A stretch of 64,000 nucleotides of DNA from Patescibacteria group bacterium (GTDB lineage: Bacteria > Patescibacteriota > Patescibacteriia > 2-12-FULL-60-25), in NCBI GenBank assembly GCA_018830865.1, contig JAHJRN010000002.1:6243-70242 (forward strand). The letters run 5' to 3'. Numbering within the stretch: position 1 is the first letter of the stretch; the number at the start of each line of letters is the position of its first letter. Below the pieces are notes generated by a model. It searched no databases. It had not been told where the DNA came from and saw nothing but the letters and a program-made list of their open reading frames with translations. Position numbers and translations under genes: made by a program. Of the stretch, positions 48,560 through 57,899 are shown one piece after another.

Positions 48560-50074
48560 CTCCTTCCGTACGATTTCCTCGACTGTGACGGGGTTCGCTT
48601 TGCCTTCGGTGGTTTTCATCACGCCGCCGACGAACCAACCGATGACGCCCGTCTTGCCGGCTTTCACCTGGGCGACTTGATCCGGATTCTGCTCGATGAT
48701 GCGGCGGACCACCTCGGTCACCGCGTCCGCGTCCATCGTCTGTCCAAGGCCGTGATTTTCCATGAGATGCGACGGGTCCGTGCCGGTCTCCACCATGAGG
48801 GCGAGGAGCTTTTGGCCGTTCGCGCTGTTGATCTTGCCTCCGTCGAGGAGGTGCAGGAATTCCGCGAAATCCTCCGGCGTGATGTTTACGTCCGCAATGG
48901 ACATGTTCCTCGTGGCGAGGAGCCCTGCGAGCTTGGTCGTGAGCCAGCCGCCCGCGAGCTTCGCGAGTTTTTTCTTGCGCTCGTTCAGGAGCTCGCCGCC
49001 GGAGCGGGACGACCCGTCCGTGGCTTCAAGCCAGGCGCCGAGTTCGCCCATCACGTTTTCCGCGTAGTCGGCCCATCCGTCGTTGCCGACGAGGAACGCG
49101 ACATCACCCTTGCTGAACCACCATTCCTCCTCGAGGCGTGACCGTTTTTCCGACGGAAGTTCGATGGACCGCGTCTGCATGCGCTCGCGGATGGCGACGA
49201 GGTCCTGCGGTGGCAGGTCCGGTTCGGGGAAATACCGGTAGTCCGCGCTGGATTCCTTGGTACGTTGCTCGAACGTCGCACCGGCGTCCTCATCCCACCC
49301 TCGCGTCGCGCCGACCGGCGGCGTATTCGAGGCATAGAGGTCGTTCTGGCGCTCGATCTCGTGCGTGAGGGCACGCTCGACGGCTCGGAACGAGTTGAGG
49401 TTCTTGATCTCGATCTTCGGGTTCAGGAACGATTGCGTCGGCATGTTCTTGTCGTCCACCTCGAGGAGCGAGACGTTCGCGTCGCAGCGCATCTGTCCCT
49501 TCTCCATGTCAGCGTCCGAGGCGCCGATGGCCCGGAGGATGGAGCGGATTTCCTGGAGATACGCCTTCGCCTCCTGCGGGGAGCGGAGATCGGGTTCGCT
49601 GACGATTTCGAGGAGCGGCGTCCCGGACCGGTTGAAGTCCACGGCCGTCCCGTCCGGTGTGTGGAAGTTCTTGGCGGCGTCCTCCTCCAGATGCGCACGC
49701 GTGATGCCGACGCGAATCCGGTCGCGCGGCGGGTCCTGTTTCGGGACATCCGCCTCGACATGGCCGTCCAGGGCGATAGGCAGGCGGAATTGGGAAATCT
49801 GGTACCCCTTGGGCAGGTCCGGATAGAAGTAGTTCTTGCGGTCGAAGGCCGACGTATCCGGCACACGGCAATGGAGGGCGAGCGCGGTCTTCACGCCGAG
49901 TTCGAGTGCCGTCGCGTTGAGCGCGGGGAGGGCGCCGGGCTGGCCCGTGCAGATGGGGCAGATGGCGGTGTTGGGAGATATCTCGTCCCCGACGTTTGGG
50001 CACGGACAGAACATTTTGGACGCGGTCTTGAGCTGGACGTGGACCTCAAGGCCGATGATGGGGATCAATCGCAT
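48548..50074 (-). CDS. gatB: Asp/Glu-tRNA amidotransferase subunit B
   Basis: MRLIPIIGLEVHVQL start, GatB_Yqey C-terminus; the ORF upstream of 50074 is treated as spurious. Confidence 0.9.
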   Translation of the reverse strand: MRLIPIIGLEVHVQLKTASKMFCPCPNVGDEISPNTAICPICTGQPGALPALNATALELGVKTALALHCRVPDTSAFDRKNYFYPDLPKGYQISQFRLPIALDGHVEADVPKQDPPRDRIRVGITRAHLEEDAAKNFHTPDGTAVDFNRSGTPLLEIVSEPDLRSPQEAKAYLQEIRSILRAIGASDADMEKGQMRCDANVSLLEVDDKNMPTQSFLNPKIEIKNLNSFRAVERALTHEIERQNDLYASNTPPVGATRGWDEDAGATFEQRTKESSADYRYFPEPDLPPQDLVAIRERMQTRSIELPSEKRSRLEEEWWFSKGDVAFLVGNDGWADYAENVMGELGAWLEATDGSSRSGGELLNERKKKLAKLAGGWLTTKLAGLLATRNMSIADVNITPEDFAEFLHLLDGGKINSANGQKLLALMVETGTDPSHLMENHGLGQTMDADAVTEVVRRIIEQNPDQVAQVKAGKTGVIGWFVGGVMKTTEGKANPVTVEEIVRKELGD

Positions 50075-50157
50075 ATCGATGATATGGTAGGCGGTTTGCA
50101 CGAAAACCGAAAGGGCGACCCGTCGGCCGCCCCTGTCGATATTGAAGGATGATTCGG

Positions 50158-50928
50158 TCAGCGTGTCTTCTGGAGGGCGCGGTAGACCTTGACGGTGAAT
50201 CCCACCATCAACGGCATGAAGGCGGCCTGTACGACATAATGGATGAGCATGATGGTTCCGTTCACGACCGGGTCGATCTGTCGGCCATATCCTGTCTGCA
50301 TCGCTTCCGGACCGGCGATGCCACCGAGGATGCCGGTAGGAATCCCGACGACGAGACCGATCAAGAGGCCGAAGACGATGCCGCCGACAAGAAGGCGCCA
50401 GAACGTTTCCCACCAGCGTCCTCTGACCAGCGCGCGCGACGCCGCGAGCGCCTGTGTCCCGCGGGTGCCTTTATCGACGAGGATCATCTGGCTGAACGAG
50501 AACGCGATAGCGAGGTAGATGCCCGGGAGGATGAAGAGGATGATTCCGCCGAGCGTCGCGAGGCCGACGAGGATACTGACCAAGAAGAACGGGAGGAAGA
50601 TGGTCCAGGCCTTTTTCGAGGCTTCCGCGGGTGCGAGCGGCCGCTTCCCTCCTTCGAGGTTCAACATCGTCTGGTAGAGCTGGATAGAAATCCAGACCAC
50701 GGCGACTCCTGCTACGAGGCCGACGATGCCTTCGAGGAAGGCGAAGGCTCCATGGAGTTTCGTGAGGAGAGCGGCTGCGAATACGGCGAGCCCGACGTAG
50801 AGGAAGTAAATCGACGTCTTTACGCTGGCGTTCCAGGTAGATGTGAACAATTTCCATGCTTCGACGACGAGCGTCCACGCGCCCGGAAGGGCTTTGGGGG
50901 TATTTTCCATATGCAAAAAGAATAGCAT
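50158..50928 (-). CDS. hypothetical polytopic membrane protein (start 50928 or 50910)
   Basis: five to six hydrophobic segments. Confidence 0.6.
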   Translation of the reverse strand: MLFFLHMENTPKALPGAWTLVVEAWKLFTSTWNASVKTSIYFLYVGLAVFAAALLTKLHGAFAFLEGIVGLVAGVAVVWISIQLYQTMLNLEGGKRPLAPAEASKKAWTIFLPFFLVSILVGLATLGGIILFILPGIYLAIAFSFSQMILVDKGTRGTQALAASRALVRGRWWETFWRLLVGGIVFGLLIGLVVGIPTGILGGIAGPEAMQTGYGRQIDPVVNGTIMLIHYVVQAAFMPLMVGFTVKVYRALQKTR

Positions 50929-50947
50929 TTCTGGTCGGATACGACCA

Positions 50948-51676
50948 TCACGTCGCCATCTCCTCGAGAAGCGTCGTCATGTCGGCCGCGAGACCGTCTT
51001 TCGTCTTTTTGCCGTCCAGGATGATGAGCTTCGTCCCGCGTTCCGTGAGGGCCACGCTCGTGGCGGGGTCGCGGTAACGTTCAGCGAGAGCTGCCTGGAA
51101 ATCCGACGTCTCGAAACGGTCGCCGTCGACCTTGTCCGCGCGGCCCGCAAGCCGTCCCTGCGCGATGGCTGCGTCCACGTCCACGAACACGAATGCGTCC
51201 GGTGCATGTTCGATAGCGAGACGGTTTCCGTCCAGGCTCCGGAGCCATTCCGGCGTGACCGGCGGAGACGATCCTTCTCGTTCCGATTGTAGCGGTTGGT
51301 AGGCGAGGGAGGAGAGGACGCCGCGGTCCTGGATGACCCATCGATTCGGTTTGGCCGCGAGGAAGGGCAGGATGAGGCGTGTGTATTGGACGCCGCGGTC
51401 GAGGCTGAAGGCGACGGCGGCGAAGCGCGCATCGTACGGCGTGCCATCGCGGATAACCTCTTGCCGGATGGCGGCGCCGATCCAAGCGTGGGTCGGTTCG
51501 GCCGTGAGGAGCATATCGGCCTCTCCGACGTCATCGGGTGTCGGGATGCGACCGCATTCTTCACTCCATGCATCGGCGTCGAAGACGCGCAGCCCATGCG
51601 TCGCCGCCCATGCCGTTGCCGCCTTGAGGAGTGTCGATTTTCCTGCACCGTCGATACCGTCGACCTGGATGAACAT
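50948..51676 (-). CDS. tmk: thymidylate kinase-like P-loop kinase
   Basis: MFIQVDGIDGAGKST, QDRGVLSSLAYQ (DRxxxSxxAYQ-type). Confidence 0.8.
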   Translation of the reverse strand: MFIQVDGIDGAGKSTLLKAATAWAATHGLRVFDADAWSEECGRIPTPDDVGEADMLLTAEPTHAWIGAAIRQEVIRDGTPYDARFAAVAFSLDRGVQYTRLILPFLAAKPNRWVIQDRGVLSSLAYQPLQSEREGSSPPVTPEWLRSLDGNRLAIEHAPDAFVFVDVDAAIAQGRLAGRADKVDGDRFETSDFQAALAERYRDPATSVALTERGTKLIILDGKKTKDGLAADMTTLLEEMAT

Positions 51677-51680
51677 ATGC

Positions 51681-53273
51681 TCAGAACCCTTTCGGCTTCG
51701 CGCCGAGGGTCGAATAGGTCTCGTCGGAAAGGTCCACGCGGATGAAGGAGGCAAGCAGGGGGTGGGTCTCCTGGAGGGTCCGCCAGGTTTCCTGCGCGAT
51801 GCGGCGGTACGACGGGTGGCCTTTTTTGCCGGAGCGCAGTTCGATGAAATGGAAGAGTTCGCGCAGATTCCAGCCGACGAGCAGGCGACGGCGGTAGGCC
51901 ATGGGGACCACATACGTCGCCTCGACTTCGAATCCGTCCTTCACGAGCGCGTCATGGAGGAGTGCGGCCTCGTCGAGCACATACCGCCATTCGCCGCTGT
52001 GGCCGACGGTCTCGATCTCCTCCGGGATATCGTAGCCCAAGTCCGTGCCGAGTGGCTGGTTCGTCTGCGTGCAGATGCGGTGGCGCTGGATGTCGCGCCA
52101 GGCACCGTAGTCCATGACGATTTCGTGCTGGAACCAGGCGTGCTCGAACTCGCGGAGCGGCGCGTCATGCTGTCCGCGACCGTCTACGGCCGCGCGTAGG
52201 ACGCGTTCGATGGCTGGTCCATCGCCGCGCAGACGCCTGAGCGCTGCGGCGTAGGAGACGTCGCCGAAACGCGTGAGGATGGCAGCGGCGACATGCAACT
52301 CGGCTTCCGGGTCGTCCTTCGTCATGACGACGGGGCGGTCCGGCGTGGCGATGCGTCCCTCGGCCTCGACGCCGGTCATGAGCTCGCGGGTCAGTTCCTC
52401 CAGCACGACAGGCGTATCGGTGAGGTATTGCCGCGGGTCCGCATATTTGAGGAGCGTCGGCAGCGGCTTCTCGCGAAGCATCGCGTCCTTGTCCGCGTCC
52501 GCAGCGCCTTTCAGGACCGTTTTCAATTCGCGTCCCACCTGTCGCGCGACGGCATCCGGGGAGGAAAGGAGCTTCATGATGACGTATTCCCACGTCCGCG
52601 CGTTCGCGGTCATGCCGAGCGAGCCGAGCGCCGCGGCCGGCAGGAGATAGCGGACGACGTCGCAGACACGCGCCTTGGTCGCGGCGTTGTACGCGCCGTC
52701 GGACACGCCGTCCGTTTTAGGGAATCGGCCGCGCATGAGCGCCGTCAGCTCCGGGAACAGGGAATCATAAAGACCGTAGAGGTGGTCGAACAGGTCAGCG
52801 ACCTTGGGGCCGTGTTGGCTCGTCGCGAGCGTCGCGGGTACGGAGACGCGGTCCCGTGTGAAGACCTGATACCGCGAGGATTTTTCGGTGAACGATGCGA
52901 GACGCGCGTCTTCGAGGATTTTGATGACCGTTTGGGGGATGTTCTGGAAGGCGACCGAGGCGACCGCATGCTCAGCCACGGAGTTGTGCCCGTATCCGAC
53001 CACCCACTTCTCGTGGAAATCTGCGGCCTTTTCGAGGGTGACGTCATCGACGTTTTGGTCGAACGGCGTGGTCGAGCGTGAGCACTTGGCGATGGCGACG
53101 GCGAGCTGTTCGGGTGTCGGTACGAGCGTGACGCGCGTCCCGTCTTCCCGCTCGACGTCCATCCGGTTCATCCAGTAGACGCGCCTGCCGTCAGGTCCTG
53201 CCTGGTCGCGGAGCTTGGTCTTGGCGTCCGACTTCTGAACGGACGGGGTTGGTTGTGTCGTCGGTCCTGGCAT
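51681..53273 (-). CDS. thyX: FAD-dependent thymidylate synthase, long two-domain form
   Basis: N half ...EDARLASFTEKSSRYQ (SxRY kept, RHR lost); C half ...RDIQRHRICTQTNQ (RHR kept, SxRY lost). Confidence 0.85.
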   Translation of the reverse strand: MPGPTTQPTPSVQKSDAKTKLRDQAGPDGRRVYWMNRMDVEREDGTRVTLVPTPEQLAVAIAKCSRSTTPFDQNVDDVTLEKAADFHEKWVVGYGHNSVAEHAVASVAFQNIPQTVIKILEDARLASFTEKSSRYQVFTRDRVSVPATLATSQHGPKVADLFDHLYGLYDSLFPELTALMRGRFPKTDGVSDGAYNAATKARVCDVVRYLLPAAALGSLGMTANARTWEYVIMKLLSSPDAVARQVGRELKTVLKGAADADKDAMLREKPLPTLLKYADPRQYLTDTPVVLEELTRELMTGVEAEGRIATPDRPVVMTKDDPEAELHVAAAILTRFGDVSYAAALRRLRGDGPAIERVLRAAVDGRGQHDAPLREFEHAWFQHEIVMDYGAWRDIQRHRICTQTNQPLGTDLGYDIPEEIETVGHSGEWRYVLDEAALLHDALVKDGFEVEATYVVPMAYRRRLLVGWNLRELFHFIELRSGKKGHPSYRRIAQETWRTLQETHPLLASFIRVDLSDETYSTLGAKPKGF

Positions 53274-53326
53274 ATCAAATTCGACGATACCTTCTCACGG
53301 GGGTTTCTATCGCGCAACAGATTTCA

Positions 53327-53761
53327 TCAACGGTATCCACCTGTGCTCCCGATGCCGCCCCGCGAGACGTCGTCTGCCGGCCCTTCTTCGAAGTCGACGT
53401 GAGGAAACGGGTAGATGATGGCCTGCGCTACGCGGGTGCCTGCCGGGATCGTCACGGGTGCCTGCCCGGGATTGAACATCATGACGCGGATTTCGTCCTC
53501 GGGTCCGCGGTAGTCCGCATCGATGACGCCGACGCCGTTCGAGAGCATGAGCCCGAGTTTCCCGAAGGTGCTCGAACGGGCGAAGATATGCAGGACGTGC
53601 CCTTCGGGGACGGCGAACACGAGCCCGATAGGGACCAGTCCTTGGCCCTGCGGCGGAATGACGATCTCTTCTGCGGACGTCAAATCGAACGCGGCGGAGC
53701 CCGATGTCGCGTAGGAGGGGATGACGGCGCCGGTGCGCGTTTTCGTCACGCGGACGTTCAT
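53327..53761 (-). CDS. dut: dUTP diphosphatase
   Basis: GSAAFDL, GVIDADYRG. Confidence 0.9.
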   Translation of the reverse strand: MNVRVTKTRTGAVIPSYATSGSAAFDLTSAEEIVIPPQGQGLVPIGLVFAVPEGHVLHIFARSSTFGKLGLMLSNGVGVIDADYRGPEDEIRVMMFNPGQAPVTIPAGTRVAQAIIYPFPHVDFEEGPADDVSRGGIGSTGGYR

Positions 53762-54336
53762 GCCTTCGATGCGATGCCGAGCTCGGTCATCATGGCATCC
53801 ACCTGACGTGTCAGGTCTTCGAGGGTCCCGTCGTTGTCGATGGTCTTCCAGGCGCGGGACGCGATGGCGGAGATGGAGTTCTCGGTCGGCGCGATCTCCT
53901 CCATGACGAATTCGTCCCAGGTCATGTCACGCTCACGCATCTTTTCGCCGCGCATCTTCATCCGATTGAATCGCTGGCGGGCGGACGCGGTGACCTCGAC
54001 GAGCCGGAAGTGGGGGAGGGATTCCAACGCGGCCGTGTCTTCCGCGCGTCGGATACCGTCGACGATCACGAGAGGCGCGCCGCTCTTCCGGATGCGTAGG
54101 TCCACGGCGTACGCGAAGGTGTCTTCTCCGAACGTCGCGCGGAGCGTCTCCGAGAGGTTCACGAGGTTTTCGCGCGTCATGTCGATGGCGAGGATAGCGA
54201 GGATTTCCTTCAGCAGGTCGCTGTAGCGGACCGTCGTCGCCCCAAAACGCTCTGTGAGGATTTTTGCGGTGGTGCCTTTCCCCGAACCCTGACGACCGAC
54301 CAGACCGATGATGAGGGATGATATGTCGGATTGCAT
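53758..54336 (-). CDS. P-loop nucleotide kinase-like protein (dNMP / dephospho-CoA kinase-like; specificity unknown)
   Basis: GLVGRQGSGKGT Walker A; GAGGT Shine-Dalgarno before ATG 54336; ATGA overlap with dut. Confidence 0.65.
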   Translation of the reverse strand: MQSDISSLIIGLVGRQGSGKGTTAKILTERFGATTVRYSDLLKEILAILAIDMTRENLVNLSETLRATFGEDTFAYAVDLRIRKSGAPLVIVDGIRRAEDTAALESLPHFRLVEVTASARQRFNRMKMRGEKMRERDMTWDEFVMEEIAPTENSISAIASRAWKTIDNDGTLEDLTRQVDAMMTELGIASKA

Positions 54337-54385
54337 AAGACCTCGTGATTTTGGCACGAGGTCCATGTGAGGGCAACTGGCTCGT

Positions 54386-55072
54386 TTACCCTTTGATGTC
54401 CAGGCTGACGGCCGGTCCCATCGTGGACGTCAGCACGCTGCGTTTGAGGTACGTCCCCTTGGCGCCGGCCGGCTTGGCCTTGCGCACGGCATCGAGGATG
54501 GCCTGCAGGTTCGCGAGAAGTTGTGTGTCGTCCTGTGAGGTCTTGCCGACGGTCTGATGCACGTTGCCGGTCGCGTCGTTTTTGAGCGTGACCTTACCGC
54601 GCTTCAGCTCTTCGATCATCTTCACGACGTTCGCGCCGACGGTTTCGGTCTTCGGATTCGGCATGAGGCCTTTCGGGCCGAGGATTTTTGCGACCTTCAC
54701 CATCTTCGGCATCATGTCCGGCGTCGCGACGGCCACGTCGAACGCGATCTTGCCGGTCGAGGCGATCTCGGCGATAAGGTCCTCTCCGCCGACGATTTCC
54801 GCGCCTGCATCTTTCGCTTCCTTCTCCTTGTCCGCTGGGACGAACGCGGCGATGCGCTTGGTCTTGCCGGTGGAGTGGGGGAGCACGATGGTCGTACGAA
54901 TCTGTTGGTCGCTCTTCTTGACGTCGATGCCGAGGTTCAGGTGGACCTCGACCGTCCCCTCGAACTTGGTGTTCGCGGTCTGTTTCACGAGCTCGATGGC
55001 CTCTTGAGGTGCATAGAGCTTCTTCGGGTCGACGAGCTTCTTGAGCTCGGTGTAGCGCTTGCTGCGCGGCAT
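54386..55072 (-). CDS. rplA: 50S ribosomal protein L1
   Basis: MPRSKRYTELKK... typical L1 N-terminus. Confidence 0.9.
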   Translation of the reverse strand: MPRSKRYTELKKLVDPKKLYAPQEAIELVKQTANTKFEGTVEVHLNLGIDVKKSDQQIRTTIVLPHSTGKTKRIAAFVPADKEKEAKDAGAEIVGGEDLIAEIASTGKIAFDVAVATPDMMPKMVKVAKILGPKGLMPNPKTETVGANVVKMIEELKRGKVTLKNDATGNVHQTVGKTSQDDTQLLANLQAILDAVRKAKPAGAKGTYLKRSVLTSTMGPAVSLDIKG

Positions 55073-55128
55073 ACTGTGGTTCAGGCGCCCCGTTTCCGGG
55101 ACTCCCACGGTCATGAGTTATTGCCGGC

Positions 55129-55157
55129 ATACTAGCCCAAGCAGGCGAAAACGTCAA
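55129..55157 (-). promoter_or_regulatory. promoter TTGACG-17-TAGTAT dedicated to rplA
   Basis: minus strand reads TTGACGttttcgcctgcttgggcTAGTAT. Confidence 0.55.
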
Positions 55158-55169
55158 GGATTTGGGTCC

Positions 55170-55192
55170 GAAAAGCGCCCGGAAAGGGCGCT
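55170..55192 (-). terminator. intrinsic terminator after 55218..55910
   Basis: minus strand reads agcgccc-tttcc-gggcgct followed by tttt. Confidence 0.7.
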
Positions 55193-55217
55193 TCCTATCT
55201 TAGGTGGTGCAACAAGT

Positions 55218-55910
55218 CTATTTCAGCCGTAAGAACGTGATTCCGCAGGTCTCGCCATCGTTCGCGTACACGGTCGAGATATCGTCGGAGAAGACCTGTT
55301 CATCGTCCACGAGGACACGAACGTCCGGAACGGGAAGAATCGTGAACGACGTCTCGCATGCGGGGATATTTCCGTCTGCCGTACGCGCCACGTTCCTCAT
55401 CGACGTTTCCGTCTCATCCGAAACGACGGAATAGGTCTCCGGTCCCATGGTCGTCGGGACGACGAACGTCAGGCCGCTGGCGTCATCCGTGTAGATGGTG
55501 GTGCTGACGGGTCCGGTCGCAGACGTTTCCGTCTTGATATCCTGTTGCGTTAGTTTGATCTGGAGACCTTGGAGTTCCTGTTGGATGGTCGTGAAGCGTA
55601 GTTCCACGAATCTGTTGAGGGTGACGCCTTGGATGAGGACGGCGCCGAGGCCAACGAGGGCGAGGAGGAGGAACAGGAAGTAGTACCAATTCACGCACGC
55701 CTTGACGCAGGTCTGCGACGCGCAGGTCGGACATGGTGGACATGTCGGACAGGGCGGGCACTTCGGCGTCGTGGGCATCGTCATCGTTGCCACCGGAGGT
55801 TTCGGCGTCGGCTTTACCGTCGGCGCGACAGTTGCAACAGGGACGACAGGCTTCGCCGGAACCGACTTCGGCATGGCCGGAACCGATTTTTTACGAGGTA
55901 CGACGGGCAT
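55218..55910 (-). CDS. hypothetical single-pass membrane protein with a Pro-rich N-terminus and a CPPCPTCPPCPTC run
   Basis: TM segment WYYFLFLLLALVGLGAVLI; lower G+C than the flanking r-protein genes. Confidence 0.6.
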   Translation of the reverse strand: MPVVPRKKSVPAMPKSVPAKPVVPVATVAPTVKPTPKPPVATMTMPTTPKCPPCPTCPPCPTCASQTCVKACVNWYYFLFLLLALVGLGAVLIQGVTLNRFVELRFTTIQQELQGLQIKLTQQDIKTETSATGPVSTTIYTDDASGLTFVVPTTMGPETYSVVSDETETSMRNVARTADGNIPACETSFTILPVPDVRVLVDDEQVFSDDISTVYANDGETCGITFLRLK

Positions 55911-55931
55911 AGTCCTCCGAGTATATCACGG

Positions 55932-56336
55932 TTACGCCTTCTCTTCGCGTCCGTTCTTCGATTCCTTCCGGATCGTAGTCCAATGGAAGAGGAACAGCGG
56001 CAGGCCGACGACGATGAAGGAGATGTCACGGACCACACTCTTTTGGTTGCGGATGGCGCGCATTTCATCCTCGTCCATGCGCGACGCTTCGCAAGACTGG
56101 AGACGTTGTATATACACAGTGTCCGTTTCCTGGAACGTCGGGTCCTTCACGACCTGGACGGCGCAGGGTGGCTCTTTCCATTCGTTCAGGTCGGCCTTGG
56201 GGAAGACCCAGGTCTTAAGGCCGAGGTTTACGAGATCAGCGGTCGAGAAGACGACCATCATGAGACCGATAAGCGCGACGAGGTAGAAGTAGATCGTCTT
56301 GATGAGCGCGGTGCGGTTGGATGACGTGGAGTTCAT
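55932..56336 (-). CDS. hypothetical membrane protein
   Basis: two TM segments (IYFYLVALIGLMMVVF, ISFIVVGLPLFLF). Confidence 0.6.
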   Translation of the reverse strand: MNSTSSNRTALIKTIYFYLVALIGLMMVVFSTADLVNLGLKTWVFPKADLNEWKEPPCAVQVVKDPTFQETDTVYIQRLQSCEASRMDEDEMRAIRNQKSVVRDISFIVVGLPLFLFHWTTIRKESKNGREEKA

Positions 56337-56358
56337 AGTCGTTTCAGTATACCAAAAA

Positions 56359-56428
56359 TGTCATCCTGAGGCTCCTGCGAAGGACCTTCGAAATATTCGG
56401 AAGGTTCTTCGTCGGACTCAGAATGACA
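56359..56428. repeat. 70-bp palindromic element (tgtcatcctgag ... ctcagaatgaca), copy 2, directly downstream of rplK
   Basis: about 64/70 identical to 25397..25466. Confidence 0.85.
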
Positions 56429-56450
56429 TCCTTGAATGTTCGTCGATGCC

Positions 56451-56873
56451 TTACACGACCGTCAGGCCCATCTGCTTCGCCGTGCCTTCGACCTGGCGCA
56501 TCGCGGCTTCGACCGTGTGGCAGTTCAGGTCCGGCATTTTCTTTTCCGCGATTTCGCGGATCTGTTGCTTCGTCACCTTTCCGATTTTTTCCGTCAGCGG
56601 CTTGCCGGATCCCTTCGTGATCCCGGCGGCGCCCTTCAACATCTCCGCGACCGGGGAGATCTTGAGGATGAAGCTGTACGTGCGGTCCTCGTAGACCGTG
56701 ATGACGCAGGGGACGACTTCACCGCGGCGGTTGGCCGTCGCGTCGTTGAATTTTTTGCAGAACTCGGCGATGTTCAGCCCTTGTGGACCGAGCGCCGTAC
56801 CGACCGGCGGCGCGGGATTAGCCTGTCCGCCGACGATTTGGAGCTTGATGAGTGTCTTGATTTTCTTGGCCAT
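56451..56873 (-). CDS. rplK: 50S ribosomal protein L11
   Basis: [29 protein letters not shown]. Confidence 0.95.
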   Translation of the reverse strand: MAKKIKTLIKLQIVGGQANPAPPVGTALGPQGLNIAEFCKKFNDATANRRGEVVPCVITVYEDRTYSFILKISPVAEMLKGAAGITKGSGKPLTEKIGKVTKQQIREIAEKKMPDLNCHTVEAAMRQVEGTAKQMGLTVV

Positions 56874-56932
56874 AAGGTTACGTTAGGATGTCTCCGGACG
56901 ACGAGAAGCGCATCGTCCCGAGGATTCCGACG

Positions 56933-57481
56933 CTAGATTTTTTTGACCTGCGTGAAGTCCAACTCGAGCGGGGTCTCACGGCCGAACATGGAGACGAGCA
57001 CCTTCACCTTGCCGCGTGCGCCATCCACCTCGTTCACCTTGCCCTCGAAGCCCTTGAACGGACCGTCGCCGATCTTTACGGGCATGCCCGGCTGGATATC
57101 GATGGAGAACGTCGGTTCCTCCTCGGCGCCCATGCGTTTCATGAGGTGCTTGACCTCCTCCTCTGACAGCGGGGACGGCGTCGTGCCTGTGCCGATGAAT
57201 CCGGTTACGTTCGGCGTGTTGCGCACCACGTACCACGAGTCGTCCGTCACGATCATCTCCACGAGCACGTAGCCCGGAAAGATCTTCTCCTCCACGACCT
57301 TGCGTTTGCCGTTCTTGATCTTGATTTTCTTCTCGGTGGGGACGATGACGCCGAAGATGCTGTCGTTCATGCCGAGCGTGTCGATGCGGCGGCGTAGGTT
57401 CTGCGCGACATTTTCCTCATAACCGGAGTACGTGTGGATCGCGTACCAGCGGCGTCCGAGGTCGAGGATCTGTTTGGCCAT
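56933..57481 (-). CDS. nusG: transcription termination/antitermination factor NusG
   Basis: WYAIHTYSGYE NGN domain, KOW motif GDGPFKGFEGKV. Confidence 0.95.
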   Translation of the reverse strand: MAKQILDLGRRWYAIHTYSGYEENVAQNLRRRIDTLGMNDSIFGVIVPTEKKIKIKNGKRKVVEEKIFPGYVLVEMIVTDDSWYVVRNTPNVTGFIGTGTTPSPLSEEEVKHLMKRMGAEEEPTFSIDIQPGMPVKIGDGPFKGFEGKVNEVDGARGKVKVLVSMFGRETPLELDFTQVKKI

Positions 57482-57508
57482 AGGGGGAGGGGAGCGGGTA
57501 GCTGATAG

Positions 57509-57853
57509 CTAGGGGGTCGGAGTTTCAGACGGGGTCGTCTCGACGTCGATGGGGACGAGCGTCGGGCTCTCGTCGTTCAGTTCGAAGGTCGGTGTCGTTT
57601 CCACCGGTGCCGTGACAGGCATCTGTTCCTCCTCGGTGGTCGCGGCTTTGAGGGTATCGCGCTTCTCGAGGGCGGCCGTGACGACCTTGCCGAGGCCGAA
57701 GTCGAGTGTGGCGAAGAACGCGGCGACAACGACGCTCACCGTCAGGACGAGCACGCTGTATCGTATCGTCTCCTTGCGAGACGGCCAGGTTACTTTTTGT
57801 AGTTCCGCCTTGGACGAGCGGAGATACTGGACGATCGAGGTCAGGAGGTTCAT
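57509..57853 (-). CDS. secE: preprotein translocase subunit SecE with a C-terminal extension
   Basis: ELQKVTWPSRKETIRYSVLVLTVSVVVAAFF. Confidence 0.85.
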   Translation of the reverse strand: MNLLTSIVQYLRSSKAELQKVTWPSRKETIRYSVLVLTVSVVVAAFFATLDFGLGKVVTAALEKRDTLKAATTEEEQMPVTAPVETTPTFELNDESPTLVPIDVETTPSETPTP

Positions 57854-57899
57854 AACGCGTTACCTTTCTAAAAAGCCCTTCCCGGGCCAGACGGCTATG

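Noticed and set aside
55073-55114. The longer L1 start at 55114 (MTVGVPETGRLNHS-MPRSKRY).
   Set aside because: L1 proteins typically begin MPKxSKRY-like. The extra 14 codons coincide with the putative structured leader. This cannot be excluded without N-terminal data.
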